Virus record (IMG/VR): IMGVR_UViG_3300032516_005094 | From: a virus | Length of the DNA stretch: 64,000 nucleotides | Direction: 5' to 3' (one strand) | Shown here: positions 18,979 to 28,667 of the stretch, in pieces | How the letters are laid out: each line of letters begins with the position of its first letter | How positions within the stretch are numbered: the first letter of the stretch is position 1 | Translations under genes and position numbers: made by a program | The notes under the pieces: model-generated | Databases searched by the model: none | The model's input: only the letters and a program-made list of their open reading frames with translations | What the model was told of the DNA's origin: nothing

Positions 18979-19526
18979 TGAGACTAAAGTACGATCAAGA
19001 ATATTGGGATAATTATTACGATGGATCTTACGAAGACACCTTCCATTATGGCTTTCAGTTAGACGGTGCTTTGAACTGTTGGAATAACCTGTATAAGGAA
19101 TCTCCTAAAAGCTTTTTAGACATAGGTTGTGGTCCAGGCTACACGCTACAAGCGGCAGAAAAATATATACCTAAAGTGTCAGGCATTGAATGCCAAGAAA
19201 TACCTAAAAAAGACCTTGTACATCCTAATGTAATTATAGGTAATTTCTTAGATATTTCAAAAACTATAGAACCGGTAGACTTGGTTTATTGTGCCTGCAC
19301 AATGTATATCCCATGGAATGAGCAGGCTTATTTTTTAGCTGAAGCTATGCGGCTTGCTAAAAAAGCAATCGTATTTCCAAATGCATATCTTTTTGAATCG
19401 GGAATACCTGATGATAAATTGAGAACTGTACTTTATACCAGCCGCCGTGATTTTAAATCGGGCATAGAGAGTTTAGGTAACTGGAAAAAATACGGCACCA
19501 TGTATGAATTTTTTTATCGTTCTTAA
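18975..19526 (+). CDS. Class I SAM-dependent methyltransferase
   Basis: FLDIGCGPG motif I followed by VSGIE. Confidence 0.8.
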   Translation: MMRLKYDQEYWDNYYDGSYEDTFHYGFQLDGALNCWNNLYKESPKSFLDIGCGPGYTLQAAEKYIPKVSGIECQEIPKKDLVHPNVIIGNFLDISKTIEPVDLVYCACTMYIPWNEQAYFLAEAMRLAKKAIVFPNAYLFESGIPDDKLRTVLYTSRRDFKSGIESLGNWKKYGTMYEFFYRS

Positions 19527-19563
19527 AATACGGTTTTTCCCAGAGCCACACAAATCTAAAATA

Positions 19564-19848
19564 TTAAAAAATATTAAAAATTAGACAAATATACTTTTCT
19601 CTGTTCCGCCTGATTCTATTCTCCCTGCGGCGGTCGGGTCGGGCTTTCCTTCCAGAGTAGCAGCACTTCTCGCTGCACCAAACTTCGCCATGACCCCATG
19701 GGATCGAGTGGTGACCAAAGGCTTTTTTAAATCTTATTTTTTTACCACATGCTAGGCAGCGAGACATTTCGCATATCATACTGGTCGTGTCGTGTCTGTC
19801 GTCCCCGTAGGGGAACCACTCAGCAAGTCGGACTGGGTAAATGCTCAA
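19564..19848 (-). CDS. Small Cys-rich (zinc-binding) protein
   Basis: CLACG...CSEKC. Confidence 0.5.
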   Translation of the reverse strand: MSIYPVRLAEWFPYGDDRHDTTSMICEMSRCLACGKKIRFKKAFGHHSIPWGHGEVWCSEKCCYSGRKARPDRRRENRIRRNREKYICLIFNIF

Positions 19849-19864
19849 GGCTCTTTTCCAAATA

Positions 19865-20293
19865 TTAATTGATTTTTTCTAAATCGATGACTAGTAAAGC
19901 TGGAATACTTTTCAGTCCCAATTTAGCTAGTGCTACCCAGCGGTGGGCACCTTCTAAAATATACAGTCCCTCATCATCGAGCACCACGATAAGTGGATCT
20001 ATATACTTGTTTTCTTTTATGTCAGCCGCTAGTTTTTCACTACGTTTCCAATCGTCGGCTGCATAAAACGCATGTTTTACATTAGCAAGTTCAGACAGGG
20101 GAATCTCTCTTGTACCTTTAAGTATCTCATAGTCGTTGAGACTTGACCGTATTGAACTGACGTTAGGTATGTCATCGGTAACACGTATATCACCGTCTAA
20201 TTTTTTAATTATAGGATATTTTTTGTCTAAATCTTTAAAATTTAAACCACTAATTATTTTGTATTTACTTACAATTAATTTTTTGTAACTCAT
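19865..20293 (-). CDS. Leader-tagged ParB/sulfiredoxin-like domain protein
   Basis: Leader MSYKKLIVSKYKIIS; DPLIVV...YILEGAHRWVALAKLGLKSIPALLV. Confidence 0.75.
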   Translation of the reverse strand: MSYKKLIVSKYKIISGLNFKDLDKKYPIIKKLDGDIRVTDDIPNVSSIRSSLNDYEILKGTREIPLSELANVKHAFYAADDWKRSEKLAADIKENKYIDPLIVVLDDEGLYILEGAHRWVALAKLGLKSIPALLVIDLEKIN

Positions 20294-20361
20294 GAAATTA
20301 ATCTTAAGTTGACAAAAATACTATAATAGATTCTCATAGCTAATATACCTATGGGAGTATT

Positions 20362-21378
20362 ATGAGTTATTTTGATTTGAAAAATATGGATAAAATGTCT
20401 GAAGAACAAAAAGCTCAAATTAATGAGTTTTTAAAAGCATATCCACAATTACAAATGCAAGACAAAATGGAAACGTCTCGGCAGTTAAATACACCTGCCT
20501 CCCAAGAGTTAGGCAAAAAAAAGCTATCTCTTGATATAGACCACGCTCAAACTATTTTAGTCGATGACGATTTTGATCCGATTGGTATAGAGCAACAACA
20601 GCGTGAGGAAGCAGCGCAGGCACCTAAACCTCTCCGTCCTTTAGGTACGATGAAAATCAGCGAACAATTTGGGGAACCTCAACAGTCGTTTGAATCCGAG
20701 GAGCAAATAAAATATAAAGAGCAGCGAGAGGTACAGCAAGAACAAGAGAGAAAAGATGCAGATGCAGCAGATTTAAGAAGGCGTCTAGAGGAAAAATCTG
20801 AACCGACTAGAAAAGCATTTTCTGCAGTTGGTAAAGTCCATCCTGTTGTGGCGCGTATGCGTCAGTCGCTTGGTATGCAGGATATAGAGACTACAGAGAC
20901 TTTAAAGTTTCACGGTATTTCATACGACATGAAAAGACTAATGCGTGAGGATTTAGGTAAGGCTTCATCCTTAGCTAGTGTTCGCACGGTTGATGATGTT
21001 GTTAATTTAAGGTCTTCTGTAGAAACGGCAATAGTAGCTTTTTCAGTCATCAGTATAGACGGTGTATCTGTTGCAGATGTATTTGAGGTTGCTTTTAAAA
21101 GAGGCAGTAATGACGTATTAACTTCAAGAGAAAGAAAAGATAAAGGATCGCAATTATTATTTGAATTTCTTATTAGTGCCCCCTCTGAAATAACAGATGC
21201 TTTAATTACATTTTATGAGCAATGTTTTCCTACCATCCCCATGAGCGATACGGTTTTAGCTTTATGCCCTGAAGCAGGATGCGAATATAAAGCCCTTATA
21301 CAGCCAAACGATACACGTTACTGTCCGTACCATGGTCAAGCATTAAGATCTGAAAGTACTCTGCCAAACCCTTCGTAA
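20362..21378 (+). CDS. Tail assembly chaperone (G-like)
   Basis: Two ORFs upstream of the tape measure gene; ends at slippery site A-AAC-CCT; C-terminal CxxxxC...CxxH. Confidence 0.6.
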   Translation: MSYFDLKNMDKMSEEQKAQINEFLKAYPQLQMQDKMETSRQLNTPASQELGKKKLSLDIDHAQTILVDDDFDPIGIEQQQREEAAQAPKPLRPLGTMKISEQFGEPQQSFESEEQIKYKEQREVQQEQERKDADAADLRRRLEEKSEPTRKAFSAVGKVHPVVARMRQSLGMQDIETTETLKFHGISYDMKRLMREDLGKASSLASVRTVDDVVNLRSSVETAIVAFSVISIDGVSVADVFEVAFKRGSNDVLTSRERKDKGSQLLFEFLISAPSEITDALITFYEQCFPTIPMSDTVLALCPEAGCEYKALIQPNDTRYCPYHGQALRSESTLPNPS

Positions 21379-21872
21379 GCGATCCACTGGAAATATACGA
21401 ACATGATCCGTCAGTGGCTCGCAGACTTTTGATTATGGCTCACTGGCGTAAAACTCCAGACGAGATAAAAAAATTAACCTCATCAGATTTAGAATTGATG
21501 GAGTTTGCATTTCTTTTATTAGAAAGAAGAAATAGCGAAACTACCGATAATATTTTTGGGACTATGTTAGGTACGTCTTGGGATGCGGAATCTTTATTAG
21601 GTAAAGAGGCTAATTCTAAAACGGACTTTACATGGGCATACCGTAGAAGAAAACCAAAGGTATTTTTGCCTGTAGTAACAGCACTTAATCAGAATCCTAA
21701 ATTTTCTAGTTACCTTAAACAAATGGCTTCTTCTGCTGTCAATAATGAGCGTGAAGATCCAAGTGTTATTTCCGCGCCAACTTGGGCAGACAGAAAAACG
21801 CAAGAATTTGTTGATCTGTCAACTGTATCGAAAGAGGAATTTAAGAAATTTGCAGGTCAATTTATTAATTAA
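21366..21872 (+). CDS. Tail assembly chaperone -1 frameshift extension (GT-like)
   Basis: The -1 frame from 21366 is open and in frame with ORF 21414-21872. Confidence 0.6.
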   Translation, partial: KPFVSDPLEIYEHDPSVARRLLIMAHWRKTPDEIKKLTSSDLELMEFAFLLLERRNSETTDNIFGTMLGTSWDAESLLGKEANSKTDFTWAYRRRKPKVFLPVVTALNQNPKFSSYLKQMASSAVNNEREDPSVISAPTWADRKTQEFVDLSTVSKEEFKKFAGQFIN

Positions 21873-21915
21873 TGCCGTTGCATTAAGATTTATTATCTTT
21901 AAGTGAAGGTAATCA

Positions 21916-24900
21916 ATGGCAGATAACAACTCAGACTTAAAACAAACTGAAAAAATTGCTGCTGCCTTGCAAGAACAATCTGCAAAGACTTCTGATGGGT
22001 TAGATAAACTCCAAAATAAAACAACTAAAGCTACTAAAACATTCTCTTTATTAGAGAAACAGTTAAAAGCAATTAAGAGATCTCAAAGCGAATACAACTC
22101 CGAATTAGAATCTACTAATTTAGTTTTAGCCAAAAATGAAAAATTAATAGAAACCGCTACTGATATGATGGTGGACTATTCGCTTAAAGGAAGAAAAGGA
22201 GCAATCGGTGTTGCCATAGAAGTAAAACGTGCGGCTGCTAATATGGCGGATTTAGCTAAAGAGACGATGAAAACATCTGCTACTTTAGATAGTCAAAGCA
22301 AATCATATACTAGTCTACTAGGTAAAATAGTTGAAAACGCGCAGGCACAAACTAAACTAAACGATAATATAAAAAAGAATATAGGTAATATAGGAGAACA
22401 AAAGAAAGCTTTAGAATCTTTAGTATTAAGTGAAAAAGAATATAAACAAGACCTGCATAAACTGGAATTGCAATTAGAGTTAACTACTGAGGCGCTGCAT
22501 AATCAAAATAAAGAATTAGTTGATTCCCATCAAAAACAAATAAATTCCATAAAGAATGCCGGAGCACAAGACAGAGCACTTGCAAAGATGCAAGGAGGTG
22601 TCAAAGCTTTAACGGCAGATCTTTCAGAAATGGCTGATAATAAACTATGGTCACTACTTGAAGATAATGCCGGTTATGCCCTGATGGTAAAGGGTTTAAC
22701 TATGATGAATAGTGCTACTGCAGATGCGGGTAAGCTATATAAAACAAATAGAGCTTTAGCTAGACAGTTTGGTGAGGATGCTAAATCAGGATTTACTGCG
22801 TATTCAGATTCCGTTCTAGAGGCAACAAAAACAGCTACTACATTTAAAAGAACAGCCGCAGCTTTAGGTATGGAAGAAGAAGAACTAATCGGTATAGGTG
22901 ATAAGTTGAGGCTTCAAGTAAAAGCAGGTGCTTTTGGAGCAGAAGGAAAACGTGGCGAAGAAACAATAAGAGGGCTAACTCGTGAGGTTGCTTATTTCTC
23001 AAAAGAAACAGGCGTAGATGCTGACAGTGCTATAGAGATGCTAGAACGTAGAATGAAGACTATGGGTATGAACGCACAGGAGGCAGGAGCCGACTTAGCC
23101 TCAGTGACCACTGTGATTAAACAAATGCAGATTGGTTTAAAGCCCGGAGTAATAGACATGGGCGAAATGTCTAAAATGATTGAGCAGGCTTCCACAGCAA
23201 GCGAATCTTATATAGTTGACACACGCCTAATGACGCAGGTGATGCGAGCCGCTGCCGTACAATCTCAAGAACTTGGAGGTAGCCAAAAAGCACAAAAATC
23301 TGCAGCAGAGGCTATGGGCAAAATATCTGCGGGTAAAACCGGTCAAGAATGGATGGATGTTACTTCAGGTATGGATTTAGCAAAAACTTTAAGGGATGCA
23401 CCAGAAGAAATATTAAAAAATTTAACGGGTGAAAAAAGAAAACTTATTGAAGGTATAAAAAAGGAACTAGATTCCGGCAAAATAGGCATACATCAAGCAG
23501 GACTTTTGCTGATGGAGGAAATGGGCGGAACGGACGCGGCTTTAGAAGCTAAGATGTCAAAAATATCTTTAATCGGTAAAGGTCCTGAGCGTTATAATAT
23601 TATTGCAAGACAATTAAATATATCTAACGACGCGGCAAGAGTTATGGTTTTCCAAATGGAGAAGGCACAAGCCAATAGAGAGCGAATGCAAAAAGCACTC
23701 AAAGGTGAAAAATCAGATATTGGCTTATCTGAACTGATGGCTAACCGTGCTGAAATGACAAACAAAGCGTTAGAAGGTTTAGATACCCAAGACCAGAAAG
23801 TAAGTGCGCTTACTAAGACCATGGGACTTACTCGAAAAGAAGCTCTCGAATATTTAAAAGTACAAGGTACTGGTGATGAGTTATGGGCAAAGCAAACAAA
23901 ATTCTTAGCAGATAAATTAGATCCAAACAAAAAATCTAAAACATCTATGGATCAACTCAAAGTCTTGCAAAAGCAAGGAAAGTCCAGTGATGAAATGAAA
24001 ACCTACTTAAAAGAGCAGTATGGTATTTCTGAGGATAATACTGATGCTCTTAAACTTATAGATGACGCGACAAGACAAGGTGGAGATCAGTTACAACAGA
24101 CGCTAATTCAATTACAGCAAACACAAAATGCAGCAAAAACAGAAGAACAAAAGAATTTAGAAGATTTTTATGATAAAATGGATAAAGGAATTTTAGGTGG
24201 TATAAAAGCAGAAATAGAATCAAAACTAGGTTTTGGTGGTCCCATAGTAATTGCTCTTGCTGGTTTAGCTGCTGCCATGGGGGGTATTGGTTTAAAACTA
24301 TACGGAACCAGTAAACTCACAACGCAAATAGGTGAGGCGTTAGCTAAACGTGGAGTAGGAAAAATTCCAGGTTTTGGGGGTTTTGGTGCCGGAAAAGAAA
24401 TTGCAAAAACAGCCGAAACCGAAGTTGCAAAAACATTAGAAGGAGCAGCAGCAAAAGGTATTGGTAAATCAGCCCTGTTAAAAACAGGTGGTAAATATTT
24501 AGGTACAGCAGCATTAATAGCAACTCAAGCCTACACTACACGGGAAGAATTCAAAGAAATCGAGAAATCTAATTTATCAACGGAAGAAAAAATAAGAGCT
24601 AAACAGAAATCTGCGGGTAAAGGTGTGGGTGGTGTAGCTGGCAGTTTAGCTGGTGCTGCTCTAGGTGCTAAAGGGGGTGCCCTCGGTGGAGCCGCAATAG
24701 GATCAATATTTCCAGGTCCAGGTACGGTCATAGGTGGAGCAGTCGGTGGGTTTTTAGGTGGTCTAGGTGGTGGTATAGTTGGTGGTCTAGGTGGTGGTGC
24801 TCTAGGTGGTAAGTCAACAGAAATGTTACAAGGATCTTTACCTGAAGGTGGTAACATAAATAAAGTTTCCATGCAGCAAGTTGAAGGAATGGCGGAAAAG

Positions 24901-25101
24901 CCGACAGTTCAAAGTCAAAGACCTAATTTATCTTACAGACAAACGGCAGCAAGTAACGTAGGACCAAAATTAGTAGCTCTGCCTGACAGCTTTAATTCGG
25001 CTGAAGATAGTGTTCTTGTAAAATGGCATGGCATAGCAGATTTATTTGCAATGATACAAAAGAAATCAGTAAACGTAGCAGGCTCCCGTGCGGGAGTTTA
25101 A
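21916..25101 (+). CDS. Tape measure protein
   Basis: 1061 aa, coiled-coil/helical A/K/E/Q-rich, C-terminal glycine-zipper stretch, downstream of the chaperone pair. Confidence 0.8.
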   Translation: MADNNSDLKQTEKIAAALQEQSAKTSDGLDKLQNKTTKATKTFSLLEKQLKAIKRSQSEYNSELESTNLVLAKNEKLIETATDMMVDYSLKGRKGAIGVAIEVKRAAANMADLAKETMKTSATLDSQSKSYTSLLGKIVENAQAQTKLNDNIKKNIGNIGEQKKALESLVLSEKEYKQDLHKLELQLELTTEALHNQNKELVDSHQKQINSIKNAGAQDRALAKMQGGVKALTADLSEMADNKLWSLLEDNAGYALMVKGLTMMNSATADAGKLYKTNRALARQFGEDAKSGFTAYSDSVLEATKTATTFKRTAAALGMEEEELIGIGDKLRLQVKAGAFGAEGKRGEETIRGLTREVAYFSKETGVDADSAIEMLERRMKTMGMNAQEAGADLASVTTVIKQMQIGLKPGVIDMGEMSKMIEQASTASESYIVDTRLMTQVMRAAAVQSQELGGSQKAQKSAAEAMGKISAGKTGQEWMDVTSGMDLAKTLRDAPEEILKNLTGEKRKLIEGIKKELDSGKIGIHQAGLLLMEEMGGTDAALEAKMSKISLIGKGPERYNIIARQLNISNDAARVMVFQMEKAQANRERMQKALKGEKSDIGLSELMANRAEMTNKALEGLDTQDQKVSALTKTMGLTRKEALEYLKVQGTGDELWAKQTKFLADKLDPNKKSKTSMDQLKVLQKQGKSSDEMKTYLKEQYGISEDNTDALKLIDDATRQGGDQLQQTLIQLQQTQNAAKTEEQKNLEDFYDKMDKGILGGIKAEIESKLGFGGPIVIALAGLAAAMGGIGLKLYGTSKLTTQIGEALAKRGVGKIPGFGGFGAGKEIAKTAETEVAKTLEGAAAKGIGKSALLKTGGKYLGTAALIATQAYTTREEFKEIEKSNLSTEEKIRAKQKSAGKGVGGVAGSLAGAALGAKGGALGGAAIGSIFPGPGTVIGGAVGGFLGGLGGGIVGGLGGGALGGKSTEMLQGSLPEGGNINKVSMQQVEGMAEKPTVQSQRPNLSYRQTAASNVGPKLVALPDSFNSAEDSVLVKWHGIADLFAMIQKKSVNVAGSRAGV

Positions 25102-25119
25102 TAAAAAAGGATTAAATCA

Positions 25120-25374
25120 ATGAAAAGTGTAAAACTAGCCAAGGCAATCAATAACGGTAACGTCCTTATTCGCACTGGGCGAAATGTGATGGGACAGATT
25201 TTTATTAAATTTAGAAACCCAGATGTCAAAGACAAAATAATTAGCGCATACCCGCTACAAGATCGGATGAAGCCAGAGAGCTTCACAAATTTAAGCCTAA
25301 CATATTCGGCTGAACAACTAAAAAATTCTAATCTTGAAGACCTAATCATGTCAGGCGACATAGAAGTTAAGTAA
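25120..25374 (+). CDS. Hypothetical protein
   Basis: ORF coupled to the HNH gene. Confidence 0.55.
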   Translation: MKSVKLAKAINNGNVLIRTGRNVMGQIFIKFRNPDVKDKIISAYPLQDRMKPESFTNLSLTYSAEQLKNSNLEDLIMSGDIEVK

Positions 25375-25925
25375 TGCCAGTTTTTCTTAAAAATGCCAAC
25401 AGTTTAGATACTTTTGCATGTGATTGCTGCGGAAAGGTATTTCCACGCATATCCATGCATGAGCATCATAAAATTAAAAAGGCGTCCGGTGGGCAAGATA
25501 CTAGAGACAATATAGCTATCTTAGATGCCCACTGCCATCATGCCTTACATCAAATAGAGGCAGCAGTTAAAAATGATAAAAAAAGACTGTTAGTACCTGA
25601 CCTATTAAAAAAGCTCTACCCTGATAACTCTAAAGCTAGAGAGTTTTGTTTATATTTAGCCATGACCGCTGCGGTAGGTTCAGATAGTAAAAATGCTGAT
25701 AATAAACCCGCACAAGGTATCGACTACTCTCAGTTTGACAGCGAGGAGTTAGTACACCTTACCCCACCTGCCGTACCGCCTTACATCAGAGACTTAGTTA
25801 ATAGAGTGGTCAGGGAAATGAGAACTCCAAAAGGGCGTAGCCTTGGGGTAGGGCGGTATTTACGTTTCCTTATCGAAGCAGACTTAAAAAAACGAGGCTA
25901 TAAGCTACAATCAGGCAAATCATAA
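25374..25925 (+). CDS. HNH endonuclease with possible C-terminal DNA-binding domain
   Basis: CDCCG...HEHHK...GG.D..DNIAILDAHCHHALH. Confidence 0.8.
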   Translation: MPVFLKNANSLDTFACDCCGKVFPRISMHEHHKIKKASGGQDTRDNIAILDAHCHHALHQIEAAVKNDKKRLLVPDLLKKLYPDNSKAREFCLYLAMTAAVGSDSKNADNKPAQGIDYSQFDSEELVHLTPPAVPPYIRDLVNRVVREMRTPKGRSLGVGRYLRFLIEADLKKRGYKLQSGKS

Positions 25926-26039
25926 AGCTCCTCTAAATAAGTCTCATCATCTTCACAGACTAGATCTTTTACCAATTTTTCAATCTCTAAATCCATAAAT
26001 TACCTTAGATTAAATTTATTAAATATTTTAGGGGGCTTT

Positions 26040-27479
26040 ATGAGGTTTATTGTTTTTTTATGTGCCTTATTATTATCTACTAATTCTTTTGCTTCAGAAT
26101 ATATAATTAAATACAAAAATCGTAGTTTTTTAAATTATAACCTTAAAGGTGAGCATTCTTTAGCAAACCTAGCCTTAGTTGATTTAACTGATAAAGAGTT
26201 AGATTCGGTTAAATCGGATAGCAACATAGAGTACATTGTCCCTAATTTCAAGTTACATTCTTTACTTGTCCCAACTGATGATTTGAAGCCGCAATGGTCT
26301 TTAAGCAAGATCAAAGCACAGGAGGCTTGGTCACTTGCGGGCAATAAGGGATCTAGAGAAGTACTGATGTCTATCATTGACACAGGTATTGACTACAATC
26401 ACTCAAGTCTACAAGGCAATATAGCTGCTGGTGGGTTTGATTTTCATGACAATGATGAAGATCCGATGGACGAGATTGGTGCCAACCCAGGTCATGGAAC
26501 CCACTGTGCAGGTATACTTGGTGCTAATGGCGATCATATAAGCGGTATGATGCAGACTACCAGCATTTTACCTATCAGGTTTTTGGGAGCTGATGGATCG
26601 GGTGATTTATTAGCTGGTATTAAATCGATAGATTACGCCATTGAGAAAAAAGTTAAAGTCATATCGGCAAGCTGGGGTGCTAACACAAGCGAAGAATCAG
26701 CAAAGCCTTTAGTTGAGGCGATAAAAAGAGCCGATGATGCGGGTATTGTTTTTGTGTCTGCTGCATCTAACGAAGGAGCAGACAACGATGTAACTGATGT
26801 ATATCCTGCAAATGCTGGCTTGCCTAATACTATCACTGTTGCTGCATCGGATGATTCTGATGGTAAACCTAGTTGGTCTAATTACGGTCGAAAAAAAGTA
26901 CACATAGCTGCGCCTGGAGAAGCTATCATCTCTAGTTTGCCTGATAATACATACGGTGAACTGTCAGGTACTTCAATGGCAACACCTCTCGTTGCTGGTT
27001 TAGTAGGCTTTCTACTGTCGCAGGATGAAACTCTTACCGGAGCAGAAATACGAGCAGTGTTACAAAAAACAGGAGATCAAATAGATATTATTAACGCTTG
27101 TAACTGTAGAATAAACGCTGTGGCAGCAACGAAAGCAGTTTTGAATAAAGATGAATGGCTAGTACCCTCGGCAGCAAGCTTAAACAAAAATGAAACACTA
27201 CAATTAAAATTAAAGAACGCTAAAAATAAACCAGTATTTAGTGTCTCAGACAGTAGCCTAGCAACAATTACAGACGATGGTTTATTGACGGCTGTGGGTC
27301 TAGGTAATGTTGTAGTGACGGCAAAGGATGGAGAAAAAGTTATTGATTCTTTACCAATATATGTAGGGGTAGATCTTCAGTGTCCGTTTGTTGCTCCTGT
27401 ATGCAGTATAATTTGTAAAGTTAATCCGAGTAAACCTTGGTGTGAGATTAAGAAATATAATTTCATGGAGGACTTATGA
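26040..27479 (+). CDS. Secreted subtilisin-family (S8) serine protease with Ig-like and Cys-rich C-terminal domains
   Basis: Signal peptide; catalytic motifs IIDTG, GHGTHCAG, AASNEG and GTSMATP. Confidence 0.95.
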   Translation: MRFIVFLCALLLSTNSFASEYIIKYKNRSFLNYNLKGEHSLANLALVDLTDKELDSVKSDSNIEYIVPNFKLHSLLVPTDDLKPQWSLSKIKAQEAWSLAGNKGSREVLMSIIDTGIDYNHSSLQGNIAAGGFDFHDNDEDPMDEIGANPGHGTHCAGILGANGDHISGMMQTTSILPIRFLGADGSGDLLAGIKSIDYAIEKKVKVISASWGANTSEESAKPLVEAIKRADDAGIVFVSAASNEGADNDVTDVYPANAGLPNTITVAASDDSDGKPSWSNYGRKKVHIAAPGEAIISSLPDNTYGELSGTSMATPLVAGLVGFLLSQDETLTGAEIRAVLQKTGDQIDIINACNCRINAVAATKAVLNKDEWLVPSAASLNKNETLQLKLKNAKNKPVFSVSDSSLATITDDGLLTAVGLGNVVVTAKDGEKVIDSLPIYVGVDLQCPFVAPVCSIICKVNPSKPWCEIKKYNFMEDL

Positions 27480-27667
27480 GAAAGTTTATTTTATTCGTTT
27501 CGCTATTATCACCGAATATGGCTTTAGCAGATACTCCTGCTCCAATTGATTTTGAAATCATGTCTACCGATACTGAAGTCGTCGCAGGCAAGTGTCCGTA
27601 TCCAAGCAAACGTATATGCGACTTTCTTTGTCGTGTCACACCACGTTTAGGCTGGTGCCGAAACTAA
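27476..27667 (+). CDS. Small secreted Cys-rich peptide related to the protease C-terminus
   Basis: Signal peptide ending in ALA; CPYPSKRICDFLCRVTPRLGWC. ATGA overlap with the protease stop. Confidence 0.75.
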   Translation: MRKFILFVSLLSPNMALADTPAPIDFEIMSTDTEVVAGKCPYPSKRICDFLCRVTPRLGWCRN

Positions 27668-27675
27668 TTTTGAAA

Positions 27676-27704
27676 TCCAGGTGCTGACGAGCGCAGCACC
27701 TGGA
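27676..27704. terminator. Hairpin/terminator
   Basis: 11-bp stem TCCAGGTGCTG/CAGCACCTGGA right after the peptide gene. Confidence 0.7.
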
Positions 27705-27952
27705 ATAATTTCTGTACTACACAAGATTCGTCTACGGTCAGACCTAATAAATTAACAGCTAAATTATAAGCATCTTCTTCATGCTCAATATTGTCACATA
27801 TCCAACCTAGAGCTTTGCAAATTTTTCTCGCATCGATCATTTCGTCCCCACTTTCAGTAATCTTTTTCTAACTAATTCGAGTACTTACTGCAACTCAAAA
27901 AGTACTTGCGGTGAAAAAAACTGCATGATACTAAAAATATATCTATTCTTTT

Positions 27953-28040
27953 AGGGGTATGGCGGAACTGGTAGACGCAACGGACTTAAAATCCGTTGAT
28001 CTTAATGATCGTGCCGGTTCGATTCCGGCTATCCCTACCA
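27953..28040 (+). tRNA. trnL: tRNA-Leu (anticodon TAA), CCA encoded
   Basis: Acceptor AGGGGTA/TATCCCT, anticodon arm ACGGA-CTTAAAA-TCCGT, long variable arm, T arm GCCGG-TTCGATT-CCGGC, 3' ACCA. Confidence 0.97.
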
Positions 28041-28233
28041 CCACCTTTTTACTTATTTCGCAATGATTTTAAATACTTACCGATTAAAACATATACAAAA
28101 AAACTAGTCTATAACCAACTAATATAACAGATGTTTTTATTTTATCACGCGGTTTTAGGGGGTTAAAATGATATAAAAAAAAGTTATTTCCAAAAACAAC
28201 CGATATATACCCATAAAGCAAGAGGAGGAGCTT

Positions 28234-28542
28234 ATGGGACGCGCCATCATCACTTACTGTACCTATGGAGCAGGGTGTAAAAACATAACGGAGCGCGGCA
28301 ATAGTACACCTACGGTTCTTAGGAATGGGCGCACTGTCTGTTCTTACTGTCTTAAGCGGGACACAGGGTTTGCTAGGCTGACTACCGATCCTCAAATGGT
28401 TTCTAAGATAGGTCGAGAAAAACGCGGTCGTCCTAGTCTTGACTTAGATGACCAAAAAAAACGTGAACGCCTTTTAGCGCAACGTGCTATCGCCCAACTT
28501 AAACAGCGACACAAAAATAAATTGCTCGATGAACTAGGTTGA
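28234..28542 (+). CDS. Zinc-finger/basic protein
   Basis: Four Cys (C...C...CSYC), RGRP motif, GGAGG RBS. Confidence 0.55.
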   Translation: MGRAIITYCTYGAGCKNITERGNSTPTVLRNGRTVCSYCLKRDTGFARLTTDPQMVSKIGREKRGRPSLDLDDQKKRERLLAQRAIAQLKQRHKNKLLDELG

Positions 28543-28601
28543 CTACAAAAAACCCTGAGCTACTAGCTTGGGTTAAAAAGGTTACAAAGTAAGGAAAAAC
28601 T

Positions 28602-28667
28602 ATGTTTAAGGATAGGGTTCAGGCGAAATATATCATAAGTTCCAACCTCCCTAATCAGAAAGGGTAG
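28602..28667 (+). pseudogene. Leader-only ORF (21 aa), probably truncated
   Basis: MFKDRVQAKYIISSNLPNQKG* after an AAGGA RBS; the frame stays open for 30 more codons after the TAG. Confidence 0.45.

Noticed and set aside
24531-24872. Pro-rich minus-strand ORF and similar antisense ORFs (e.g. 976-1197, 4803-5090, 38666-39007, 45248-45523)
   Set aside because: Shadows of well-supported genes on the opposite strand.
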